Made by a program: the position numbers and the translations under genes. Below the pieces are notes generated by a model. It worked only from the letters and a program-made list of their open reading frames with translations. It was not told the origin of the DNA and did no database searches. A stretch of 63,067 bases of DNA, the filler included, from Octopus bimaculoides (taxonomy: Eukaryota): assembly GCF_001194135.2 (NCBI RefSeq). It is 5 parts of 4 records of this genome, joined end to end, with 100 filler letters (N's around TTAATTAATTAA, not from the genome) between each part and the next. Parts side by side here need not be neighbours in the genome. Positions count along the whole stretch, not along the records: positions 47,276 to 59,911 come from NC_068981.1; positions 60,012 to 63,067 come from NW_026422816.1; 3 more parts are not named here. One strand, given 5' to 3'. Shown here piece by piece: positions 50,979 through 62,302 of this stretch. How positions within the stretch are numbered: the first letter of the stretch is position 1; every line of letters begins with the position of its first letter.

Positions 50979-51492
50979 AATATTATTGGATGTTCCGGGA
51001 ATTTTTACAAGGTCGTCCTTCAGAGTTCTGGAAAGGAGATACGTAACATCATTGGCCAGCCACGTCTGACAACTAAGAAACGATGGGATTCCATACTCGA
51101 TCATATGGAAATTCTTCGAGAACGCAGGCCCCTACATCAACGGGACGAAACGTTGCAATTTATGCATAGTTAAGCATGCGAGAATCCTAAAAGGATCATT
51201 CGAACCAGAGAACATCGTTAACTCCAGAACGGAAATTTTCGGGTGATGTTTACATTTCCGGGGGTTCCTGCTAGCCCTTTGGAGCCCGCAAGATGGCGGC
51301 ACAGCTGGAGGTCGATAGCCATTAGAAAAGGGAGATAATCCCCAATTGTTACCTTTGAGTAATGAGGCATTTCCCCCTCCATATTTTTAAGAGGTCATGG
51401 GCCAACAGGTTTTTGGGATCTGATGATACGCCATAAAGCTAAGCTCTTTATGGATGGGAAACCTAAGATAATCCCATAAACCAGTTTTTCCC
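50979..51492 (+). mobile_element. Penelope-like element: degenerate GIY-YIG C-terminus plus 3' UTR with hammerhead
   Basis: Remnants IIGCSG...SSFRVLERRYVTSLASHV*QLRNDGIPYSIIWKFFENAGPYINGTKRCNLCIVK...VNSRTEIFG*CLH..FLL match the PLE C-terminal pattern (W..L...A.PY.NG.KRCNLC...LN.R.E...CRH). Confidence 0.85.
51415..51475 (+). ncRNA. Type I hammerhead-like fold in the PLE 3' UTR
   Basis: Stem I GGGAU/AUCCC, extendable to 51408-51482. CUGAUGA at 51420-51426. 8-bp stem II CCAUAAAG/CUUUAUGG. GAAA at 51458-51461. Stem III is imperfect. Confidence 0.7.
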
Positions 51493-51500
51493 ATTTTTAA

Positions 51501-51543
<43 letters not shown>

Positions 51544-52043
51544 ATGTATATATNNNNNNNNNNNNNNNNNNNNNNNNNNNNNNNNNNNNNNNNNNNNNNN
51601 NNNNNNNNNNNNNNNNNNNNNNNNNNNNNNNNNNNNNNNNNNNNNNNNNNNNNNNNNNNNNNNNNNNNNNNNNNNNNNNNNNNNNNNNNNNNNNNNNNNN
51701 NNNNNNNNNNNNNNNNNNNNNNNNNNNNNNNNNNNNNNNNNNNNNNNNNNNNNNNNNNNNNNNNNNNNNNNNNNNNNNNNNNNNNNNNNNNNNNNNNNNN
51801 NNNNNNNNNNNNNNNNNNNNNNNNNNNNNNNNNNNNNNNNNNNNNNNNNNNNNNNNNNNNNNNNNNNNNNNNNNNNNNNNNNNNNNNNNNNNNNNNNNNN
51901 NNNNNNNNNNNNNNNNNNNNNNNNNATATATATATATATACATAACCGTTAAATGCATGACATTCGGAAACTGAACAACAAAATACTTTGATGTTTGATG
52001 ATGCAACGAGAAACGTGATTCATATCCAGATAAAAATATATAA

Positions 52044-52219
52044 CATTATTTACATTTGACAGATATTTGTCCTCATCTTGTTTGTTGTTAACACAACATT
52101 TCGGCTGATATACCATCCAGCCTTCATCAGGTGTCATGGAGAAATTTCGAACTTGGGTTCTCACTCCTAAGGTATTTTTCGATGTTATTATTATTGTTAT
52201 TATTCGAACTCGGAATCTT
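52044..52219 (-). mobile_element. SINE family F copy (partial head, AAT linker, hammerhead tail)
   Basis: Reverse complement reads gacacCTGATGAaggctggatggtatatcagccGAAAtgttgtgtt (52135-52090). Head remnant gaactcggaatctt at 52206-52219. Confidence 0.8.
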
Positions 52220-52516
52220 TGGATTATTTTAGGTTTGGTGATACAAACAAGAAAAATATAATTCAAAGATGCGTCAGTGTACTCACTTATATGAGGGAAT
52301 ATACATATATAGATATATAAATATATAGATATACATGCAAATACATATACGCGGATACACACACACGCACACATGCACACACACATACTCATATACAATA
52401 AACATCTTGTATATCGTCCTCTCCTATATTTATAACCGCCTGACACTTGTATATCTATACGTACCTATACATAAGTGCGCTAATGAGTGTGTGCATATGT
52501 AGGAGACCACCAGATG

Positions 52517-52805
52517 TAATTGGATTTGGTAGACGGAAACTGCGAAACGCCCGTCGTATATAAAAATGTATATGTCTATGTTTGTGTGTCTTTGTATTTG
52601 TGTTTGTCCCCTCATCACTGCTTGACAACCGGTGTTGGTATGTTTACGTCCCCGTAACTTAGCGGTTCGGCAAAAAGATGCCGATAGAATAAGGACTAAG
52701 CTTTAAAATATAAGTCCTGGAATCGATTTGTTCGACTAAAAACCTTCACAGCAGTTCCCCAGCATGGCCACAGTCAAATTACTGAAACAAGTAAATATAA
52801 AAGAT
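52517..52805 (+). mobile_element. SINE family A 3' half
   Basis: ggatttggtagacggaaactg...ccagcatggccacagtcaaattactgaaacaagtaaa. Confidence 0.85.
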
Positions 52806-53452
52806 ATATANNNNNNNNNNNNNNNNNNNNNNNNNNNNNNNNNNNNNNNNNNNNNNNNNNNNNNNNNNNNNNNNNNNNNNNNNNNNNNNNNNNNNNNNNN
52901 NNNNNNNNNNNNNNNNNNNNNNNNNNNNNNNNNNNNNNNNNNNNNNNNNNNNNNNNNNNNNNNNNNNNNNNNNNNNNNNNNNNNNNNNNNNNNNNNNNNN
53001 NNNNNNNNNNNNNNNNNNNNNNNNNNNNNNNNNNNNNNNNNNNNNNNNNNNNNNNNNNNNNNNNNNNNNNNNNNNNNNNNNNNNNNNNNNNNNNNNNNNN
53101 NNNNNNNNNNNNNNNNNNNNNNNNNNNNNNNNNNNNNNNNNNNNNNNNNNNNNNNNNNNNNNNNNNNNNNNNNNNNNNNNNNNNNNNNNNNNNNNNNNNN
53201 NNNNNNNAATATTAGATTAAAAATTTAATCCAGTTTAGTAAGTTTATAGAAAAGAAAGTGAATTTTAGACTACGCGCGTTTCGTGGCCACATAATAACAG
53301 AAAAAATCTGTACAATTCACAATAAATCTACTCAGATAAATTCTACTCAGAATGAAGTCACTCTTCAAGTCTTTATAAATTCAAATAACGTATCCTACTA
53401 TCCTACGTGTAGGAAAACTATTATTAGTACAATACATAAAATGTCAAGGTTT

Positions 53453-54277
53453 AATAATAATAATCATTCAAGTTAAAGGCCTAATTCCTCTAACGAAGAA
53501 AAGCTTTCTGTAGATTAAGAATAGGAAAACATATAAAAAGATAGTGTTATTAACTAATAAATAAATTCGGACGTTTAACAGTATTAATAAAATAAACATC
53601 ACTTATCTTATCGAAGATTCCTTGTTGACTGTAGTATTAACCTTAATGCATGGAATTTATACGTGTGTCACGTGACAATATGGCGTCCCTCCGTGAACTC
53701 AAATATCAAACTTACTATATGTAATTTAAAATATATAAATCACGTGATAATATGGCGTCATAAGGAGAAGAGAGAAGAACGTATTATAATGGATAAAATG
53801 ACGAAATATGTATAATAATCGGGAAACTAATCTGTAGTATGCTATTTAGTAGAAGAATAAAATTTTAATTATTATTGAAGTCTAAGTAATAAGAACTAAT
53901 AAATGTAAGAGGTATCTAAGGTACGTAAGTCATACTAAATTATGAGGAATAGAAATATTTCGGTGAACTTGTAGCTTATTTATACATCTCTTAGTAGCTT
54001 ATTTATTTTTATTCTATGTATTTTTCCCAAAACTTTCACAATCTAACTAAACTTTATTCTCTTCTACGAAGTCATTACTATAGCAATTTTTTTAAAAAAA
54101 TAAGGTTTGTATAAACATTATCTAAACTTATTATATGAAAATTTCAGTTTATGTCTACATTTAATTTTGCGTTCATCTTGGGAATTTATTAATTTTTTTA
54201 TTATTAGTTAATAATATCTCCTTGAACTCTTCATTAGAGGAATTAGGCCTTTAACTTGAATGAATATTATTATTATT
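53453..54277. mobile_element. AT-rich element with ~45-bp terminal inverted repeats (MITE-like)
   Basis: cattcaagttaaaggcctaattcctctaa (left) and ttagaggaattaggcctttaacttgaatg (right). Confidence 0.65.
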
Positions 54278-54299
54278 TCACTCGGGTAATTTTTTCTCT

Positions 54300-55209
54300 C
54301 GCAGATTCCCTTCAAGCTGGACGACCAAATTCTGTCAATAGTGAGCATCTGGAGAACGTAGTTGAGGAAGACCTGAAGTAAACGGCATGAGAATTAGGGA
54401 AACAGTTCAATGCAAGTCACATTTCAATCCTAAAACACCTCCATGAACAAAGAAAAGTATCTATACTTGGTCAGTGGGTCTCATCATCTGACTGCTTCTC
54501 AACCTAATCTAAGGGTTGCTTTCAGCTCGCCATTGAAGATTAGACTTGTTATCGTATTCTACTTTGATAGAATACTTACATGAGATTAAACCGGGTTCTC
54601 TATAATGATACTCAATGTTTAGTACCAATGGAGAAGGAGAATCCATCCCCAAACCAGGACTACACCCGAAAAAGTTATGCTCCGTGTTTGATAAGATATG
54701 AGGGGTGTCGTCTATTTTAAAGTGTTAAACCAAAATGAAACAGTTAATGTTGAAAAGTACCATCCTACGTTGGAAACGTTGCACAAGAAATTTTCAGAAA
54801 AGAGTCCACAAAAAACGCACATCGTTGATCAATCATTATGGTGTGTTGCTCTTATACGATAACACAAGACCACATATTACCCAAGTTACTCAGGATTAAG
54901 GCACTAAATATGGAAGTTTGTCCTTAATATCTTTACTCTCTTAACCTTCTTCTATCTGATAAGCATCTTTTCAGAACATTGCAAAATTATTTAGAGAGAA
55001 AACAGTTCAATAATTGTGAAGATATTGAGTATTTCTTTGCCTCAAAAACTGAAGAATTTTACGCCCTAGGGATCAACAATTTGCTAAATAGATGGAATTA
55101 TTTTATGTATAACGAGGGGAAATATCATCGTGATAAAATTTATCAATTAAAAACAATGAAGTATTTTTTCCTCATCTTGAAATGCGATAGGACTTTCTTT
55201 CCAACCTAA
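54300..55209 (+). mobile_element. Degenerate mariner, 5'-truncated, 3' TIR intact
   Basis: Remnants resembling WDMRGVVYF, DNTRPH and SDKHLFRTLQN. Ends tttctttccaacctaa followed by TA. Confidence 0.85.
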
Positions 55210-55719
55210 TATATATGTGTGTATGTACATATAATCAATTCTGCTTAACTGCATACCGGATAATGACAGTTTTTCAAAACAAACCGAACCGTTTAGCATT
55301 AAGTCTATGTAAAATTGATTGGTTAATTGCAAATGAAATTAATATCGATTATGTTTTTCCGACGAAAATGTGTTAAGCGAAATGGCATGTGAAAATTGAC
55401 ACATACAAATTCCATGAATGTCATCTAAATATGATCGCTTCATAAAATGTTTAATATACTGTAATTTATTTGCCTTGAAGTATGTCATGCTGAAGATATC
55501 AAATAAGATATCAAATGACTAGTTATGAAGAGAAAATTTAAGACCTTTGAATTCAGTAGAAAAAAAAAAAAAAATTTGAATTTATATATTCTGTGCATCT
55601 TCCTTGCTCTTCAATTTAACATTCAAACTTGTAACCTGGTCATGATTAAACTAGCACTTATAATAACTGCTGTCAAAGCACACCATGTATTCAAATACAC
55701 ATTTATTTAATATATTTTT

Positions 55720-55830
55720 CAGTTCAATATTTAAGAGATGAGGATTTATGTACATTATTTACATTTGACGGATATTTGTCCTCATCTTGTATGTTGTTAA
55801 CACAACGTTTCGGCTGATATACCATCAGCC
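55720..55830 (-). mobile_element. SINE family F tail fragment
   Basis: Reverse complement ggctgatggtatatcagccGAAACGTTgtgttaac...aactg keeps the ACGT palindrome but lacks CTGATGA. Confidence 0.8.
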
Positions 55831-55846
55831 AAATATTATTATTATT

Positions 55847-56080
55847 AAGGCGGCGAGCTGGCAGCATCGTTAACATGGACGAAATGCTTAGCGGTATTTC
55901 ACCCGTCGTTACGCTTTGAGTTCAAATTCCGCCGAGGTCGACTTTGCCTTTCATCCTTTCGGGGTCGAGAAATTAAGTACCATTTAAGTACTGGGGTCAA
56001 TGAAATCGACTTAGCCATCCCACAAATTCCAGGTCCTGTGCCTATAGTAGAAAGGATTATTGTTGTTGTTGTTGTTGTTG

Positions 56081-56127
<47 letters not shown>

Positions 56128-56345
56128 ATAAGGCGGCAAGCTGGCAGAAACGTTAGTACGCCGGGCGAAATGCTTAGTGGTATTTAATCTGTCTTTATGT
56201 TCTGAGTTCAAATTCTGCCGAAGTCGACTTTGCCTTTCATCTTTTCAGAATCGAGAAATTAAGTACCAGTTGCGTACTGGGGTCGATTTAATTGGCTGGC
56301 CTCTCCTCAACAATTTCGAGCTTTGTGCCTAGAGTAGAAAAGATT
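55847..56345 (+). mobile_element. Two SINE family B (B1 tail) copies separated by (TTG)n(TTA)n
   Basis: Copies at 55847-56055 and 56130-56342. Confidence 0.9.
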
Positions 56346-56360
56346 ATTATTATTATTATT

Positions 56361-57960
56361 GTTGTTGTTGTTGCTGCTGCCGCCGCTGCTGTTCGTGTTT
56401 TACATTCGGAATCAATATCCTTGATACCGGGTCACAACCAGCTTCCTTAGATATCGAGGACTTTTCTAACAATCTTTGCTGTTCCCAATAAGAGCAGATT
56501 TCTGAATTAACGCAAATCTCATAGTTACATCAATCTCAATAAGAAAATTGTTAAGTTTGTTGGTGACGTTACCTAAGACACCTATGGCAACTGGGCTTAC
56601 ATTTGTAGAAACCCTCCACGGTCTTCCTATTTCTCAAGCTAAATCCGGATATTTTCCTCTCTTCTCCTGTTCCTCTCGTGTCTGCGTCTATATTCTTTCT
56701 GTGCCAAAAGACTACAGAAACTTATGTGTGTAACGGATTTCTCTTCCTCGTTACATACTCTGCACTTTGCACTTTCGCGGATTTGTCTATTTTTGTCTTA
56801 ATGATATTTGTCCGCAATGACTGGCTTTGAGCAGCCATTACGAGTCATTCGGTTTCTTTCTTAAGGTATCCATTCTTCAGCTATAACCAAGACTCCTTTG
56901 CTGCGACGTCCTGCGTTTATCTGAGATACTGACCGTGTAGTTTTTTTCCCAGATGCTTCTTTCTCGCTCCTGTTTTCTTCACTCCTTGTATTCCGTTGCC
57001 GTGCTCACAATTTCTTTCTCCCCTCCTATGGCAACTGAAGTCAGTCTTCCTGAGTTGCTTAGCACATACTCTTCTATATCACGTTTTGCCATCGCTACAC
57101 TGTCTTCTATTGAAATTAGTTCTCTCCCCACTCCCTCCGTGGTAGGTATAAACTATCGACTCTGTCTCTGAGATGTAGCTACCTGTACATTAACTTCCCG
57201 GTCTTACAATCTATGTCCCTTAGTTTTTCCTTAGTCCAGTTCAGGAAATCAGCAGAATGTCTTATTAGAGAGACCGCCCATGTGTTTACTGCAAAGATGC
57301 TTTTTCCTCCTTCCAGTTTTGAGTTTAGCACACTTTTTACTCTCCAGAGACATTCGTTTCTCACCTTCTTTTCATTTCTTGACAGAGAGTTCTATCTGTC
57401 TCCAGTACATCTAGGTACTTGTAGCTGTCACCCTTATGCATTGCACGGATTACTGCCGCATCTGGGAGTTTAATCCCTCCTAAATTGGACATTTTCCATT
57501 TTATTATTACCGACTTCGTACATTTATTTATTCCAAACTCCATGCCAATCTCAACACTCACTACTCTAAAAGTCTAAACCGGTGAATCTAAAGCTTCTTT
57601 TACTTTTGGCAAATAATTTCAGGCCGTCCCATAAACATGTGGTAGTTTATATTTCCATCATGCTAAATTCGTAGCATGATTTAACCTCGCTCAGGATCAA
57701 TGCAAAAGAGATAAGAGCAACTACGAATAGCAGTAGTGAGAGTGTATCACTTTGGAATATTCCCCTACTTATGTTAACTTCACCTAACTTAACTTGACTT
57801 GACCTGATGTTAGTATACTTCTCTATTTTGGCATACAGTTTTTTAGGAGCTGAACAACATTCTCACCTATTGCAAATATATTAAGGCATTCTAGGATACA
57901 TGATTGTGGCACAATATAATCATTATCATCATCATTTAAAACAGTTTGACTCGACCCCAT
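56361..57960 (-). mobile_element. R4/Dong-type (RLE) non-LTR retrotransposon 3' fragment, degenerate
   Basis: Minus-strand remnants RGIFQSDTLS, IGMEFGINKC, SYKYL, NTWAVSLIR, AAQSQSLRTN, a CRVC...H zinc knuckle and PVAIGVLG...IQKSALIG, ending next to (AAC)n(AAT)n. Confidence 0.8.
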
Positions 57961-58049
57961 GTGATTGTCTCTCAAACTATTTTAAATAATATATGTAACT
58001 CCTACAAAATGCGTTGATCGCCTCTTTCTTTCGTTTGTCCACTCACTCC

Positions 58050-58080
<31 letters not shown>

Positions 58081-59683
58081 ATAAAATCTGGTAATTAATC
58101 ATATATTAATTAATATCGATTAATTATCAGGAGGCCAGCACATCTAAAGAATCAAAGAGATTCAGAAATATTATCTGCAATCTCAGGGGATTAAGGTACA
58201 TTTTAAAAAAATAACGTCGACCACTAACGTATACGATTCTGTATACGATTCTGATGATTACGGTTACATTACAAATCAGGCTGAAGAGGAATAGACAAAT
58301 GGTAAGAATTTGTTAAATCCGAAACCGGTTCCTGTTTAAGAATGCTTTTTTAGGTGATTTTAAATGTCTTGCCCGCTCACATTTTGGTATGCTGCTATAT
58401 TTCATGTNNNNNNNNNNNNNNNNNNNNNNNNNNNNNNNNNNNNNNNNNNNNNNNNNNNNNNNNNNNNNNNNNNNNNNNNNNNNNNNNNNNNNNNNNNNNN
58501 NNNNNNNNNNNNNNNNNNNNNNNNNNNNNNNNNNNNNNNNNNNNNNNNNNNNNNNNNNNNNNNNNNNNNNNNNNNNNNNNNNNNNNNNNNNNNNNNNNNN
58601 NNNNNNNNNNNNNNNNNNNNNNNNNNNNNNNNNNNNNNNNNNNNNNNNNNNNNNNNNNNNNNNNNNNNNNNNNNNNNNNNNNNNNNNNNNNNNNNNNNNN
58701 NNNNNNNNNNNNNNNNNNNNNNNNNNNNNNNNNNNNNNNNNNNNNNNNNNNNNNNNNNNNNNNNNNNNNNNNNNNNNNNNNNNNNNNNNNNNNNNNNNNN
58801 NNNNNNNNNNNNNNNNNNNNNNNNNNNNNNNNNNNNNNNNNNNNNNNNNNNNNNNNNNNNNNNNNNNNNNNNNNNNNNNNNNNNNNNNNNNNNNNNNNNN
58901 NNNNNNNNNNNNNNNNNNNNNNNNNNNNNNNNNNNNNNNNNNNNNNNNNNNNNNNNNNNNNNNNNNNNNNNNNNNNNNNNNNNNNNNNNNNNNNNNNNNN
59001 NNNNNNNNNNNNNNNNNNNNNNNNNNNNNNNNNNNNNNNNNNNNNNNNNNNNNNNNNNNNNNNNNNNNNNNNNNNNNNNNNNNNNNNNNNNNNNNNNNNN
59101 NNNNNNNNNNNNNNNNNNNNNNNNNNNNNNNNNNNNNNNNNNNNNNNNNNNNNNNNNNNNNNNNGTATGTATGTGTGAACTTAGATACATATTTTGTGCT
59201 TTTGCGTGTTCCATACTGAACACTAAGATAACCTTGGGGACGACTGATTGTGTTTGAGTGTGTGTGTTTGCGTGTGAGTGTGTATGTATGTGTGTGTATG
59301 TGCACAATTGTGTATCTGTGAATGCATGTGATTCTTAGCGTATATCTTGTTAATGCTGTTGTTGTTTTTGTTACTTTTGCAAGGTTTTACTCGACTCCGG
59401 CTGTAAACTAAAATCTCAGTAAGCCACGAACAGATCTAACCATACCACTGAAAAAGTTACACGTCCAGCCAATATCTCAAGCTAATGTTCCTTATCACAG
59501 GAATCCTAACGCAGTTAGCTTATTCGACGAAACAGATGCCACTCTCTCGGAGAATCGGAACCGAGCAACATTTCAGACTTAACGTTTTATTAACCAAATA
59601 TGTATATGTGAAAGGGTGTACGCTAATTATACGCATGATTACATATATTAGTAAAATATGTGTGAATCTTATGTGCCTGTGAA

Positions 59684-59716
<33 letters not shown>

Positions 59717-59911
59717 GTGCATGTGTTCATGTACGTATGTGTTTGTGTATACATACATGCACACACACATACACAAACGCGGGAGTACACACACACATAT
59801 TTATATTCTTTTATTCGTCTCAGTCATTTGACTGCGGCCAGGCTTGAGCACAGCCTTTAATACACACACATACATACATACATATATATATATATACATA
59901 CATACATATAT

Positions 59912-60011
59912 NNNNNNNNNNNNNNNNNNNNNNNNNNNNNNNNNNNNNNNNNNNNTTAATTAATTAANNNNNNNNNNNNNNNNNNNNNNNNNNNNNNNNN
60001 NNNNNNNNNNN
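59912..60011. other. Artificial scaffold-join spacer
   Basis: N44-TTAATTAATTAA-N44. Confidence 0.95.
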
Positions 60012-60068
<57 letters not shown>

Positions 60069-60337
60069 TGTGTTCCCTACCGTTCAGGCATTCTTATGTG
60101 ACTGTGTGACAGTATGTATTTTTGCGTGTACGATAGATAAATAGACAGATGGATACAAGGATAGATAGACAGATGCACACACACACACATATATATATAT
60201 GTATATATATGTACATATATATGTATACATATATATACACACACATACACATATATATATAGTTTTTGCATTTGGATTGCAAAATTCTTTATGTGAATTC
60301 GTGTGTTGAAACATATTTTATTGTGTCTGGGGAGGGC

Positions 60338-60480
60338 ATGAGTTGGACGATTTGACTGAGGACTGGTGAAACCAGATGGCTACACCAGGCTCCAATCTGA
60401 TTTGGCAGACTTTCTACAGCTGGATGCCCTTCCTGACGCCAACCACTCCGAGAGTGTAGTGGCTGCCTTTACGTGCCACC
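60338..60480 (-). mobile_element. Retroposon family D fragment
   Basis: ggacgatttgactgaggactgg...ccaaccactccgagagtgtagtgg, as at 30945-31075. Confidence 0.8.
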
Positions 60481-61442
60481 ACGGAAAACAAACTCATTTT
60501 ATTCCACGCGGGTAGGGATATGAGAAAAATAGAAGTTGAAATTGCAGTGAGAATGGTTAAAATATTTTTTATTAATATATTTAAAGCTTTCACCGGTTTC
60601 ACAGTTTACACTGATTTTCAAGACGTTCAAATAGAAAGACATGGCTTATCTTACAGCTGTTTCTGCTTCTGACTAGTGTTTGAAGCTTTCCCTATTTTTA
60701 TAGTGTGTTCATGGCACAAATTAGTATATGTTTTGGATAGGACCTGATTGGTAGGGGATAGTCACATGACTGGTAATAGAAATTCTTGTAGGTTCCCCGC
60801 TACGTCGGTGTGTTAGTATCAAGTGAAAATGTTTAATTTAAGGCGCCTAACATTGATACTAACACACACTCACTATCCTCCCTTCCCCTCTCTATACAAC
60901 TACAAATTTTCCTCTTCCATTTCACTTTTCTTCTAAATCAAACATTTTATCACGTTCCCTCTCATAAATATAATACGCCTCCAAACAGATTTTCGTTTTT
61001 GTTCCCGTCACATTGCCACGCAACTCAACATTATATTTATACATTTATTATACGTATGCTTTATTTATACATTCAGGTTATTATTTTATTTATTTATTTA
61101 TTTACGATTTCAAATACATTAAAATTTCAACATTAGAGATTTCGCTCTAATTTTATTTTACACAAATTTTTTTTTATTATACGAGTTCTGATTTTTTTTA
61201 TTTTGATTTTTATATCGCATTAGAAAACTTCTGGTCTTTGTTGTTGTTGTTGTCGTTGTTGTTGTTGTTGATGCTGTTGTTGCTGTTGTTGTTGTAGGCA
61301 CCGTTCCCTTTCTTGTCCCACCCCAGACCCCCACCTCCCTTCAGCCCTTACTTTCTCACTTTGTTTTGAAATTTTAAGACGATTTGGGGCTCCCTCAACA
61401 AGAATCAAAAGTTACATCACACACGCACACTAAACATATAAC

Positions 61443-61483
<41 letters not shown>

Positions 61484-61539
61484 AGACATATATACACATA
61501 TCCAAACTGAAATACAGATATATACACATGTAAGATGGC

Positions 61540-61880
61540 GTCATCATCATCACCATCATCTTTACCATCATCTTCATCATCGTCATCGTCGAAATTTTTG
61601 TCATTTCCATCATCATCATCATCATCGTCATCATCTTCATCATCATCATCATCATCACCATTATCGTCATCATCACCATCATCATCATTATCATCATCAT
61701 CATCATCCTCATCCTCATCGTAGTCGTCATCATCATCATCGTCGTCGTCGTCGTCGTCGTCTTCATCCTCATCATCAACTTCCTCATCATCATCATCATC
61801 ATCATCTTCGTCATCATCATCACCTTCAACACCACCGACATCATCACTACCTTAATAATTATTGCCACTAACATCATCCA
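61540..61880. repeat. Degenerate (CAT/CGT/CCT/CTT)n trinucleotide repeat
   Basis: Directly visible and flanked by (AT)n. Confidence 0.9.
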
Positions 61881-61900
61881 TTTTCATGTACGTCTACATA

Positions 61901-61952
<52 letters not shown>

Positions 61953-62091
61953 CATATATAAATATATGTGTGTGTGTGTGAGTGTATGCTTTTGTACACA
62001 TGTACACATGCACGTACGCATAAAGCTTATTTGCTTATAAAAATACCCTCATACACGCACACACATGTATGTATATGCATATATATATATA

Positions 62092-62136
<45 letters not shown>

Positions 62137-62269
62137 ATATATAATGTTTATATATTGATGTATAATTATGTGCGAATGACTACATAGCTTCCCCTGTAAC
62201 ACACAGATAGTTTACACAACGGAATTATTTCACGCAAAATGGCAATATAAAAAAAAATGAAGAAAGGAA

Positions 62270-62302
<33 letters not shown>

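Noticed and set aside
4300-59307. Long ORFs spanning N runs in the ORF track
   Set aside because: They are open only because N codons contain no stops, so they are not evidence of coding.
59380-59582. Acceptor-like site and short open frame as the missing MsrB exon
   Set aside because: No HLGH or RYCINS motif, all three frames close soon after the acceptor, and it lies on a different assembly piece.
61220-61877. Poly-Q, poly-M and poly-S ORFs
   Set aside because: These are translations of trinucleotide microsatellites with no splice signals or domain.
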